Assembly: GCA_033762295.1 (NCBI GenBank)
Contig: JANRLW010000058.1
Span: 1-61,821 of the forward strand
Direction: 5' to 3'
From: Capsulimonadales bacterium
Lineage (GTDB): Bacteria > Armatimonadota > Armatimonadia > Armatimonadales > Armatimonadaceae
Length of the DNA: 61,821 bases
Both the position numbers and the translations under genes were made by a program. Shown here one piece after another: positions 10,503-19,838 of this stretch. The first letter of the stretch is position 1. Each line of letters starts with the position of its first letter. The notes beneath the pieces were generated by a model that worked only from the letters and a program-made list of their open reading frames with translations, was not told the DNA's origin and did not search any database.

Positions 10503-11324
10503 TCAGCCGTTCTTTCCGGAGGACAGACGCCGCATCCCGTTTTCCGCCCAGACGTTACCACGATCGATCGCCAGCGCCTTTTTATAGGCGACGACGGCGG
10601 CCTTGACATCCTTGCGATCTTCCGCCAGTTTCCCCAGAGCGGCATATGCCTGCGCCTTTTGACGCCCGATCGGCAGGTCGGCGGCCGCATCCCGGAAGAA
10701 ATCCGCCGCCTGTTCGAACTGCCCGCGCTCCGCCGCGCGCGCCCCGAGGGCGAGAGACGCCCGTCCGTTTTTCGGGTTGTTCCCGATCGCCTTCGAATAG
10801 GCGGCGATCGCCTCGTCCGTTCGTTTCAACGTCGCCTGACACACGCCGATATGGTAGTACGCTTCCGAAAGGGTATCCCGGGAAACCCCCTTCAGGCGAA
10901 CCACACGATCGAACGTCTTGAGGGCGTTGTCCAGCGCGCCGACCGACATCTGGGTGTACCCCAGATAGAGCAGGGGCGCGGGATCGTCCGGCAGCAGCTG
11001 GGCCGCCCGGTCGAAACAACGGGCGGCGTCGGCGAACGCCCGCGCCTTGTAGTAGGAGTAGGCCAGATCAAGGTTCGCCTTCGGATCGTCCGGTCGTTCC
11101 GCCTGCGCGGTCTCGGCGCGGTCCAATCCGAGGATGGTGCCCGGGGGCGGGTTCTCCTCGGCGATGCCCGGCAACGGGTACAGTTCGGTCAGGCCGATCG
11201 CATCGGATGAGGCCGGTTCCGACCGGGTGGGTTCCGCCGGGCGCTCCGTCGAGGCGACGGGTGGTCGGGCGCACCCCGCAAGAAACAGGGTTCCCAGACA
11301 GAGAAAAATCGGAACGTGACGCAT
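10503..11324 (-). CDS. TPR-repeat lipoprotein
   Basis: LAGC lipobox after MRHVPIF start; multiple TPRs. Confidence 0.85.
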   Translation of the reverse strand: MRHVPIFLCLGTLFLAGCARPPVASTERPAEPTRSEPASSDAIGLTELYPLPGIAEENPPPGTILGLDRAETAQAERPDDPKANLDLAYSYYKARAFADAARCFDRAAQLLPDDPAPLLYLGYTQMSVGALDNALKTFDRVVRLKGVSRDTLSEAYYHIGVCQATLKRTDEAIAAYSKAIGNNPKNGRASLALGARAAERGQFEQAADFFRDAAADLPIGRQKAQAYAALGKLAEDRKDVKAAVVAYKKALAIDRGNVWAENGMRRLSSGKNG

Positions 11325-11488
11325 ACCTTCATTATACGCTCTCAGAAGCCTTCGTCGTCGCCGTACTTTACCGGAAACACCCGCTGGGGCGGTTTTTCGA
11401 AAGATACGGCCGAGGGTTAAAAGTTTCTCGAACCCCTGACACGAACGACACGTCCGATCTGAGAACGTTGGACGGAGGGAATCAAACA

Positions 11489-12556
11489 ATGGCGGCTACA
11501 CGCAGCAACGTACCCTCGCTGGCCTGGATCACTCTCGGGGCGATAACCGTCGGCTGGGCGGCGGCGGATCTGGTCCGGCGTCAGTATCGCATGGATTTTT
11601 CCGGCAAAGTGGCCCTGATTACCGGCGGGTCGCGCGGGCTGGGTCTTCTGCTGGCGCGCCTTCTGACGGAGGAGGGGGCGTCGGTCGCGCTGTGCGCCCG
11701 CGATTTTCAAGAACTGGAGATTGCCCGGATCGACCTGGAAGCCCGCGGCGTCTCCCCGGATCGCATCCTTATCCGTACCTGCGATGTCACGGACAACGAT
11801 CAGGTGAAGGAGATGACGGAGGCGACACTTGCCCGCTTCGGTCGAATCGATATTCTCATCAATAACGCCGGCACCATTCAGGTCGGCCCGAACGAGGTTC
11901 AGACCGATGAGGACTTCGAAACCGCGATGGCCGTTCACTTCTGGGGGCCGCATCACTTTGTCCGGGCCGCCCTTCCGTCGTTGAAAAAAACCCACGGGCG
12001 GATCGTCAATATCTCCTCGATCGGTGGTCTGGTGGCCTTCCCTCATCTCCTTCCTTACTCCACCAGCAAGGCGGCCCTGATCGCCTACTCGCAGGGACTC
12101 CGGGCGGAGTTGGCCCGAGACGGGATCCGGGTGACGACGGTCGCGCCCGGCCTGATGCGAACCGGCAGTCCGCCGAACGCCCTGTTCAAGGGCGACCATT
12201 CCTCGGAGTATGCCTGGTTCGTGCTGGCCGACTCGCTTCCCGGCTCCTCCCAGAGCGCGGATAAGGCGGCCAGCCTGATTATCAACGCCCTGCGCTTCGG
12301 CGATGCCTTTCTCGTGACCTCGGCGGCGGGGAAAGCGGGCGCGTTCGTCTCCGGTCTGTTCCCCGGCCTCACCGCCGACCTCCTGACATTGGCCGACCGG
12401 TTTCTGCCGACCGCCGATCCGGGTCAGCCCGACGACCTGCGCGCCGTCCCGGGGCGGGAGAGCGAATCGCCCATTACCCGGTCGCTGCTCACAATGCTGA
12501 CACGCCGGGCCGCCCGGAATAACAACCAGACCAGGACGAAGCCCGTCGAGGGATAA
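11489..12556 (+). CDS. SDR family oxidoreductase with N-terminal membrane anchor
   Basis: TGGSRGLG, NNAG, YSTSK; GGAGGG SD. Confidence 0.92.
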   Translation: MAATRSNVPSLAWITLGAITVGWAAADLVRRQYRMDFSGKVALITGGSRGLGLLLARLLTEEGASVALCARDFQELEIARIDLEARGVSPDRILIRTCDVTDNDQVKEMTEATLARFGRIDILINNAGTIQVGPNEVQTDEDFETAMAVHFWGPHHFVRAALPSLKKTHGRIVNISSIGGLVAFPHLLPYSTSKAALIAYSQGLRAELARDGIRVTTVAPGLMRTGSPPNALFKGDHSSEYAWFVLADSLPGSSQSADKAASLIINALRFGDAFLVTSAAGKAGAFVSGLFPGLTADLLTLADRFLPTADPGQPDDLRAVPGRESESPITRSLLTMLTRRAARNNNQTRTKPVEG

Positions 12557-12579
12557 ATTTTGAAAGAAGGATCCAAAGA

Positions 12580-12975
12580 ATGTTGACCGATCGATCCGAA
12601 AACCGAACCGGCCCGCCGGGTCGAAAGGATATCACCGATACTCCGGACAGTTTCGAACGCGACCTGCACGGTGACGATCGCGCCGGACAGCACGGAGGCG
12701 TTCAGGAACGACGCGCCTATACCGCCTATGACGTCAAGGCGCTTCATGTCTCCATGCCGGAATTCGCAAACGACGAACTCAAACGTATCCCGGTTCTGGC
12801 CCACGGAGAGCGGTTGGAACAGGGAGGGGTCTATCTGGATCTCTCCGACCGGGAAGCGGGACCGTTCACGGCCCAGGGAAGCGTCGAGGCGCAGGACCCG
12901 CATCTGTTCGTTCCCAAAGCCGCCTGCGATTACGAACTGTGGAACCGACTGATCGGCGTCGATCACTCCTCCTGA
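12580..12975 (+). CDS. Hypothetical protein
   Basis: AAGGA SD; co-oriented with the SDR gene; no recognised domain. Confidence 0.7.
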   Translation: MLTDRSENRTGPPGRKDITDTPDSFERDLHGDDRAGQHGGVQERRAYTAYDVKALHVSMPEFANDELKRIPVLAHGERLEQGGVYLDLSDREAGPFTAQGSVEAQDPHLFVPKAACDYELWNRLIGVDHSS

Positions 12976-13119
12976 CGGTGTCCGGCTCCGCATCGGGCGG
13001 ACGAAACCTTCCGTGCGTCGACGGCGGGAGACGGCGGGACGGGAGCATAACGGGAAGGCGAAAATACGCTATAATGGAAGGAACGCTTTTCCTTGCCCGG
13101 AGCCACGGTCGCCAGATCC

Positions 13120-13677
13120 ATGCCGCATTTTTTGCACGACGATATCGAAGAGATTCTCTTTACCGCCGATCAGATTCAACAGCGCGTCCGTGAACTCGGA
13201 CGGGAAATCACTCAGGATTATGAGGGACGGGAGCCGCATCTGGTCACCATTGTCAAGGGTTCCATCCCTTTTCTGGCCGACCTGATGCGGGAGATCGACC
13301 TTCCGATGTCGATGGACCTGATCGGCGTCTCCTCCTACGCCGGGGTCCAGTCTTCCGGGGAGGTCCGGCTCACCAAGGACCTGGACGATACGATCGAAGG
13401 TCGCCATGTTCTCGTGGTCGAGGACATCATCGATACCGGCCTGACCCTGTCGTACGTGCTGCGAAATCTGCGTCAGCGTGCGCCCGCCTCCGTCAAGGTG
13501 GTCACCCTTTTGGATAAGCCGGAGGGACGCGGCACACCGATCCACGCCGATTATGTCGGTTTCACGATTCCGGATAAGTTTGTCATCGGTTACGGTTTGG
13601 ACTGGAATCAGCGGTACCGCAACCTGCCGTATGTGGGAGTACTCAAACGTGATGTATACGGCGGGCCGATCGACTGA
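13120..13677 (+). CDS. hpt: Hypoxanthine phosphoribosyltransferase
   Basis: VLVVEDIIDTGLT PRPP motif; FVIGYGLD..QRYRNLPY. Confidence 0.96.
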   Translation: MPHFLHDDIEEILFTADQIQQRVRELGREITQDYEGREPHLVTIVKGSIPFLADLMREIDLPMSMDLIGVSSYAGVQSSGEVRLTKDLDDTIEGRHVLVVEDIIDTGLTLSYVLRNLRQRAPASVKVVTLLDKPEGRGTPIHADYVGFTIPDKFVIGYGLDWNQRYRNLPYVGVLKRDVYGGPID

Positions 13678-13720
13678 ATTTGGCCGGAGATTCGAGCGGC
13701 ACGCAGGAGGATTGGGACAA

Positions 13721-14311
13721 ATGGCAGATAGCGAAACGAACGGGAACGATACGTCGTTGCCCCCGAATAGTCCGAAAACGGAAACGACCGACGATATGTC
13801 CGCTTCGAACGGGTCCGAAACACCGTCCGGTACGCCCCCCACCGGTAACGATCCCGAATTCGTCGATGTCGGTCAGAAGGTCGTCGATATCGCCCTCGGC
13901 GCAATCGTCGTTTCCGGGGAGTTGGTCCTGCAGGCGACGAAGGCGCTGGTCGAACACGGACCGGAAATCCTGAACACGCTGGAGGCGAAAGGGCGGCCGG
14001 TTCGAGAACAGATCGATGAATGGTTGAAGTCCGGTTTCGTGCGTCCGTACCAGGAGGCGAAAGAGGCCGAGGACGGCAAGGACGTTACCGACCCTCCGAG
14101 CGCGGAGGACGAAATCACCGCGCTGGAACGGCGGGTGCGAGAACTGGAGATACAGGTTTCGGGCGGGGTGACGGCGGAGGCGACCGCGTCGGATGTCCCC
14201 TCGCTGCCGGTGTTACCGGACCTCGACGATCTGCCGGCGAACGACGATGCATCGAAGGCGTCCCCGGATCCGAACGTTACGCCTCCGTCCGACGCCGGGG
14301 AGAAATCGTAG
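13721..14311 (+). CDS. Phasin-like hypothetical protein
   Basis: AGGAGG SD; IALGA...ALVEHG and EITALERRVRELE resemble PhaF/PhaI-like granule proteins. Confidence 0.55.
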   Translation: MADSETNGNDTSLPPNSPKTETTDDMSASNGSETPSGTPPTGNDPEFVDVGQKVVDIALGAIVVSGELVLQATKALVEHGPEILNTLEAKGRPVREQIDEWLKSGFVRPYQEAKEAEDGKDVTDPPSAEDEITALERRVRELEIQVSGGVTAEATASDVPSLPVLPDLDDLPANDDASKASPDPNVTPPSDAGEKS

Positions 14312-14973
14312 TGTCTCTCGGGGACGACGGTTCGCATCGGTCCGAAAACCCGGGTTCCGTTCGATCCGAGGCAGGGAGCCGCATTATCCTTGCCTCGGCG
14401 TCCCCACGTCGGCGCGAGTTGCTGGAGCATCTGGGGGTCCGTTTTGTCGTCGTCGTCAGTCGGTTTCGGGAGGAGTCGCTGGCGCACCTCACCGACCCGG
14501 AGGAGTACGTTCTGGCCGCTGCGAGCGGAAAAGCGGAGGAAGTCGCGCGCCGTCGGGATGGGATCGTACTCGGAGTCGATACCGATGTCGTCGCGCCCGA
14601 GGGCGACATTCTCGGAAAGCCGACCGATCCGGAGGATGCCGTCCGCCTGCTGACCCGATTATCGGGCCGCACACATCGAGTTTACAGCGCCGTGGTTTTA
14701 ATTCGTTCTCAAATGGGAACAATCCTAGATCGGACGTCGTCCCTCGTACAAACGGAAGTGACCTTCGTTCCTCTGAACGAACAGGCGATTCGCCGGTACG
14801 TCGCCACCGGGGAACCCCTCGATAAGGCGGGGGCGTATGGAATACAAAGCGGTGGTTTGCCGTTTGTTTCTCATATAAATGGCGACCTGTCTAATGTTAT
14901 TGGACTACCTTTACCTACTGTCGCTATAATGCTGGAAAAGTTCGGGGTTCCGCTCTGGGAATCCAAAGATTAA
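14311..14973 (+). CDS. maf: Maf/YhdE nucleotide pyrophosphatase
   Basis: ILASASPRRRELL, DT..V, GKP, DKAGAYGIQ, NVIGLP; GTG overlaps the upstream TAG. Confidence 0.93.
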   Translation: MSLGDDGSHRSENPGSVRSEAGSRIILASASPRRRELLEHLGVRFVVVVSRFREESLAHLTDPEEYVLAAASGKAEEVARRRDGIVLGVDTDVVAPEGDILGKPTDPEDAVRLLTRLSGRTHRVYSAVVLIRSQMGTILDRTSSLVQTEVTFVPLNEQAIRRYVATGEPLDKAGAYGIQSGGLPFVSHINGDLSNVIGLPLPTVAIMLEKFGVPLWESKD

Positions 14974-15015
14974 AAACATTCGTGATTTAAGTTTTTTAAA
15001 GGATATGAAATTTCG

Positions 15016-15417
15016 ATGAGTCGGGTTATGGAGCTGGTCACCGAAGATCCGGCGGAGGTCGTCGCCAAGCGCGCTTATACCGCGTTTCGGACAATCGGGA
15101 AGGTCAAAAACTATGACCCCTCCCGCTCCGTGGCAGGGAAAGTCTATATTGACGGTTGGCCCGCCTTATTGACGGTCGAGTGGAAGCCACACCGGGACGG
15201 CGTTCGTACGCGTCTCGATATTTCGGCGACGTCCGCCGATGAACTGTCCCGCGCCGCCGATGGCGCCATGTACAAATTTGCCTCTGTTTTCCGGAATATC
15301 GAACCCGAACACTGCGTTTCGCCGGAAACGAAAAACAGTAAAGCGATCGGCTGGACGGTCGCCGCACTGGCCATCGTCGCCGCTGCCGCCTACTATCTGG
15401 GTATCATTCCCAGGTAG
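15016..15417 (+). CDS. Hypothetical protein with C-terminal transmembrane anchor
   Basis: AAGGA upstream; hydrophobic C-terminal helix. Confidence 0.7.
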   Translation: MSRVMELVTEDPAEVVAKRAYTAFRTIGKVKNYDPSRSVAGKVYIDGWPALLTVEWKPHRDGVRTRLDISATSADELSRAADGAMYKFASVFRNIEPEHCVSPETKNSKAIGWTVAALAIVAAAAYYLGIIPR

Positions 15418-15437
15418 GTAGAAACACGTACGGTTCC

Positions 15438-16358
15438 TTGCCGCCCGATCCGCCCCTTCCCGAACCGTCTCCCGCGCCGGTCCTCTACCTCACCGATCTT
15501 ACCTTCGACCGGTTCGATCCGGCGGATCTCTTCGATCTTGCCTTTCTCCTTCGATCCGCGCGATTGCGCCCGGTCGGGGTCTGTCTTTCGGAAACGGACG
15601 GAAACGGACAACGGATTGCGAACGCCCTGGAAGCGGCCGCCCGAACGTCGATTCCGGTGATCGGCGGAACGGACGGACTCCGAGCCTTTCTGGAAAGCAC
15701 GACCGAAGCGGTCAACTTGATGGTGACCGGCGGATATGGCTCCGTCGCCGAACTTCTGGCCGGACACCGCCCCTTGATCCGCGAAAAGGTTGCCCGCCTT
15801 TTTCTGGTGGGCGGACAGGTCAATGACTACTCCGCCGGGCGTGCCGGGGAACGGTTGCCCATCGATCCGCGCCTGAAACAGCGTCATCCCGAACGATTCG
15901 ACGCCTCGGGCGATCCGCGTGTCACCGACCCGACCTCCTTTTCTGCTCTTCTGACCAGCGGGGAGGGAATCATCTGGCTGCCACGGGACATCTGCCTCTG
16001 GCGATACGCCGCGCCGCAACTTCTGGCGGACGGCGGGCCGCTGTGCGAACTCCTTCTGCGGGAGACTTTTTTCCGCCATCTCACCGATGCCGGTTTCCCG
16101 GCGGATCGCTATGATGCGGCCGAGGCGCCGGTCCTGCTCTCCTCGCTCCCCGGTTTGCTTCTGGCCACGGAACCGGACCCCTTCGCCTGGATGCGCCTCT
16201 TCCGGGTCATCCCCGGACGGGTCACCGAGCGGGACTCGTCCGTTCGGTTGGAAACCGTAACCGACTCGCCCAACCTGTTCGTCGTCGTTGCCATCGACGG
16301 ACAGGCGCTGGGAAAGCTTCTGACGGCCGAACTGCGGGTTCGTCCTCCTGCCGTATAA
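15438..16358 (+). CDS. Nucleoside hydrolase-like protein (degenerate)
   Basis: LTDL...DPADLFDLA resembles the IU-hydrolase Asp motif; KVARLFLVGG; start uncertain. Confidence 0.55.
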   Translation: MPPDPPLPEPSPAPVLYLTDLTFDRFDPADLFDLAFLLRSARLRPVGVCLSETDGNGQRIANALEAAARTSIPVIGGTDGLRAFLESTTEAVNLMVTGGYGSVAELLAGHRPLIREKVARLFLVGGQVNDYSAGRAGERLPIDPRLKQRHPERFDASGDPRVTDPTSFSALLTSGEGIIWLPRDICLWRYAAPQLLADGGPLCELLLRETFFRHLTDAGFPADRYDAAEAPVLLSSLPGLLLATEPDPFAWMRLFRVIPGRVTERDSSVRLETVTDSPNLFVVVAIDGQALGKLLTAELRVRPPAV

Positions 16359-16369
16359 TCCGATTAACC

Positions 16370-16885
16370 ATGATTATCCTTGGCATCGATCCGGGTACGG
16401 CGACCACCGGTTTCGGCATCATCTCCTACGAGGAGGGTCGTCTTTCGGCGCTGGATGTCGGCGTCCTCCTGACCTATCCGACCGACACGCTGCCGGAGCG
16501 TCTGCACTCTCTGTACACCGATATCAATACGCTGCTGGATCGGTATGATCCGGACACCGTCGCCACGGAAAAGTTATTCTTTTACAATAACGTCACCAAC
16601 GGCATCTCGGTCGGCGGCGCCCTCGGAGTGATCCTTCTGGCCTTCGGTCAGCGGAACCTGCCCTGGGCGGAATACACTCCGATGCAGGTCAAGCAGGCGG
16701 TCTCCGGGTACGGCGGGGCTGACAAGGCCCAGGTTCAGGCCAACGTTACCCGGCTTCTCGGCCTGAAGGCGGTACCGAAGCCGGACGATGCCGCGGACGC
16801 CCTGGCCGTCGCCATCTGCCACGCGCATTCCCACCGACTGAAGGCGCTCGAATCCTCCGGTTCGCCCCGCCGCAGCCGGCGGTAA
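16370..16885 (+). CDS. ruvC: Holliday junction resolvase
   Basis: ILGIDPG, E.LFF, YTPMQVK, PDDAADALAVAICH. Confidence 0.97.
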   Translation: MIILGIDPGTATTGFGIISYEEGRLSALDVGVLLTYPTDTLPERLHSLYTDINTLLDRYDPDTVATEKLFFYNNVTNGISVGGALGVILLAFGQRNLPWAEYTPMQVKQAVSGYGGADKAQVQANVTRLLGLKAVPKPDDAADALAVAICHAHSHRLKALESSGSPRRSRR

Positions 16886-16897
16886 GCGGAACCGTTC

Positions 16898-16928
16898 CGG
16901 GATCGAACCGGGATCGACACGGGATTGA
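16898..16928 (+). repeat. Three 9-bp direct repeats at 11-bp period
   Basis: cgggatcga at 16898 and 16909, cgggattga at 16920. Confidence 0.75.
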
Positions 16929-16953
16929 CAGCAGGAACGTTGCGCCGCATAAT
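16925..16953 (+). promoter_or_regulatory. Sigma70-type promoter of rel
   Basis: TTGACA-N17-CATAAT, 15 nt before the ATG. Confidence 0.75.
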
Positions 16954-16968
16954 AGCGTTTACCGATTC

Positions 16969-19332
16969 ATGGGCGCAAACCTCGAAACCATCATAACGAA
17001 AGTTCGGCGGTATAACCCGCAGGCCGACCTTACTTTGCTGCGGCGCGCCCACGACTACGCCACTCTGAAACATGAGGGGCAGAAACGCAAGACCGGCGAA
17101 CCCTATATCATCCATCCGATCGCGGTCGTGGATATCCTGGCGGGTCTGGAAATGGATACGGTATCGCTGGCCGCCGGATTTCTCCACGATGTCATCGAGG
17201 ACTGCGGGGTCCCGCGCGAGGAACTCGCCACGGAGTTCGGCGAGGAGATTGCCGGACTCGTCGACGGCGTCACCAAACTCAAACTGGCGGATTTCGCCCG
17301 TCGCTCGGAAGCGGAACGGATGGAAAACACCGCCGGCGAGATGGCGAAGGACAGCGAACCGGCGAAAAACGACTCTCGACGCAAAAAACGGCTCGAAACC
17401 CGCTCCTCCGCCGAAAATCTTCGCAAGATTCTCCTGGCGATGGCCAAGGATTTTCGGGTCATGGTCATCAAGCTCGCGGATCGCCTTCACAATATGCGCA
17501 CTCTCCAGGGACTTTCGGAGGAGCGGCAAAAGAAGGTAGCCGAGGAGACGATGCAGATCTTCGCGCCGCTGGCCCATCGTCTCGGTATCTGGCAGGTGAA
17601 GTGGCAGCTGGAGGACCTGGCGTTCAAATACCTGGACCCGGAGGCGTACCAGGCAATCACCGAACAGGTGGCGCGCACCCGCCGGGAACGCGAAAAGGAT
17701 ATCAAGGACGCGATTTTTCGGCTCCGCACGGCGTTTAACGAAGCCGGAATGTGCGATGTCGAGATTCAGGGCCGCCCAAAACATCTCTGGAGCATCTACA
17801 ATAAAACGCGCAAGCAGGGCATGAAGGTTTCGGACCTGTACGATCTGATCGCTCTGCGCGTCATCGTCGGCGAATGCCACGAGACGGATGATGAGGACAC
17901 CGAAACACGGGAACGGAAGGCGCTCGCCGACTGTTACGCCGCGGTCGGGATCGTCCACACCGCCTACATGCCGATTCCGGGCAAGTTCGACGACTATATC
18001 GCGAAGAAAAAGTCCAACCTCTATCAGTCGATTCATACCAAGGTATTCGGACCGCACGGCAACCCGCTCGAAGTGCAGATTCGAACGTGGAAAATGCATC
18101 GGGTGGCTGAGTTCGGCGTCGCGGCCCACTGGGCGTACAAGGAACGCGGCGAGGGCGCCCGCGCCGGGAACGCCGACTTTGATCGGAAGATGGCCTTCCT
18201 CCGCCAGCAACTCTTCGACTGGCAGGCCGATTCCAAGGACTCCACCGAGTTTCTTCGCTCGGTCGTCTCCGACCTGTTTACCGATCAGGTCTTCGTCTTC
18301 ACACCGAAAGGCGACGTCATCGACCTTCCGACCGGCGCGACTCCGGTCGATTTCGCCTTTCGTATCCATACGGAGATGGGCGAACACCTGGTCGCGGCAA
18401 AAGTCAACGGAAGGATCGTTCCCCTTTCCTACCCGTTTCAGAACGGCGATATCTGCGCGGTCATCACCCGTCCGCAGGCCACGCCCTCGCTCGACTGGCT
18501 CCATCTGGTCAAGACGTCCCACGCCCGTTCGAAGATCAAACACTACTTCCGCCGCCTGCGCTATGACGAGAACATCACGCGCGGTAAGGAAATCCTGACG
18601 ACGGAACTGGAAAAGCTGAACCTTCCGATCGAAATTCTGAAGGACGCCAAACGTTTGCAGCCGATCGCGAACGAACTGAACAAGACGACAGCGGACGACC
18701 TGTTCGCCGCGATCGGGTTCGGCGATACTCCGCTCGGTATCGTCCTCAACCGTCTCAAATCCGAACTCGAGGCGGAGCGAGTCCAGGTTACCCCGGAGGA
18801 GATCGACCTTCGTCCGAGTCGGAAGATGTCCGCGCCGGAGGCCAAACTATCGGTCGCCCCCGATGGTGTCGACGGCGTCGCGATCCATCGGGCCAAGTGC
18901 TGCATGCCGCTGCCGGGCGACCCGGTGGTCGGGTACGTCTCGCGCGGCAAAGGGATCATGCTCCACCGGGAAGGCTGCCCGAACGTTCAAAACTGGCGGG
19001 CCGGTGAACCGGAACGCCTGGTGCAGGTCGACTGGCAGACGGCGGACGGCGCGAAGTTCGAAACCGGGATCATCATCGAAAGCATCGATCGTGTCGGGCT
19101 GCTCAACGATGTCACCGGCATCTTTTCGGAGAACCGAACCTTCATCAACGGCATTCACACCCACTCCAATAAGGCGGCGGGAACGGCCATCCTGCGCATC
19201 GACTTCGATGCCTCGTCCACGGCTCAGATCGACGCACTGATCCGCAAACTCCATTCGCTCGAGGACCTGCTGGCGATTCATCGACTCGGAGTCGGCGCGG
19301 AGGAGCGCACCGCCCCGTCGTTCACTCCGTAA
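16969..19332 (+). CDS. relA: Bifunctional (p)ppGpp synthetase/hydrolase Rel
   Basis: HDVIED hydrolase, KLADRLHNMRT, YQSIHT, EVQIRT, TGS, CC..P, ACT. Confidence 0.97.
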   Translation: MGANLETIITKVRRYNPQADLTLLRRAHDYATLKHEGQKRKTGEPYIIHPIAVVDILAGLEMDTVSLAAGFLHDVIEDCGVPREELATEFGEEIAGLVDGVTKLKLADFARRSEAERMENTAGEMAKDSEPAKNDSRRKKRLETRSSAENLRKILLAMAKDFRVMVIKLADRLHNMRTLQGLSEERQKKVAEETMQIFAPLAHRLGIWQVKWQLEDLAFKYLDPEAYQAITEQVARTRREREKDIKDAIFRLRTAFNEAGMCDVEIQGRPKHLWSIYNKTRKQGMKVSDLYDLIALRVIVGECHETDDEDTETRERKALADCYAAVGIVHTAYMPIPGKFDDYIAKKKSNLYQSIHTKVFGPHGNPLEVQIRTWKMHRVAEFGVAAHWAYKERGEGARAGNADFDRKMAFLRQQLFDWQADSKDSTEFLRSVVSDLFTDQVFVFTPKGDVIDLPTGATPVDFAFRIHTEMGEHLVAAKVNGRIVPLSYPFQNGDICAVITRPQATPSLDWLHLVKTSHARSKIKHYFRRLRYDENITRGKEILTTELEKLNLPIEILKDAKRLQPIANELNKTTADDLFAAIGFGDTPLGIVLNRLKSELEAERVQVTPEEIDLRPSRKMSAPEAKLSVAPDGVDGVAIHRAKCCMPLPGDPVVGYVSRGKGIMLHREGCPNVQNWRAGEPERLVQVDWQTADGAKFETGIIIESIDRVGLLNDVTGIFSENRTFINGIHTHSNKAAGTAILRIDFDASSTAQIDALIRKLHSLEDLLAIHRLGVGAEERTAPSFTP

Positions 19333-19527
19333 CTTTTTAATTCGCTCCTCCGCGCGGCAAAAATACGCGTTCTGGCGGATTTGATATATTTGTTGCCGGA
19401 ACCGTTTATAAACCGCAACATTTGCCCCTTCGGCGGCGTCTCCCTTAAACGGAGGAGGCATCGTCGCCCCGCCGCCATTGTCCATCGTGCACGCGCTGTT
19501 TTGCCGGATCAACGAGGAATGATCGTC

Positions 19528-19803
19528 ATGCAAGCTGCCGACATTGAAGCTATTCGTATGGTACGCCACGAGCTGGCCCGCCACTGCCTGGACTCCAGTT
19601 TTGTCTCCATCTCCGCCCACTACGGCGTCGTCCATCTGAACGGCGAGATTCGCCCGATGTCCGGACACGAAGCCAAATTCGAAGAAGAAGTACACACGCT
19701 TTACCGGTGTCTCAAAAACCGGAAGGGTATCCGCGACATCGTGTTCGACTGGAAGCTGCCCAAGGGCTTCGAACATGTGAAAATCCAGCGCGCGGGTCAC
19801 TGA
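19528..19803 (+). CDS. Small BON-domain-like protein
   Basis: GAGGA upstream; GVVHLNG...KGIRDI resembles a BON domain. Confidence 0.55.
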   Translation: MQAADIEAIRMVRHELARHCLDSSFVSISAHYGVVHLNGEIRPMSGHEAKFEEEVHTLYRCLKNRKGIRDIVFDWKLPKGFEHVKIQRAGH

Positions 19804-19838
19804 TCTCTCTTCGGTCGGACCTCTTCCCGGTCTGCCGG

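Noticed and set aside
10503..11489. Extended N-termini from the ORF track (TPR 11489, SDR 11207, RR 27026, livK 53099, prepilin 57956, maf 14020)
   Set aside because: They overlap neighbouring genes or promoters; SD or -10 positions and domain boundaries support the shorter starts
17300..17410. Charged insertion in the Rel hydrolase domain as a possible intein
   Set aside because: Short, no intein terminal motifs, and located in a variable loop
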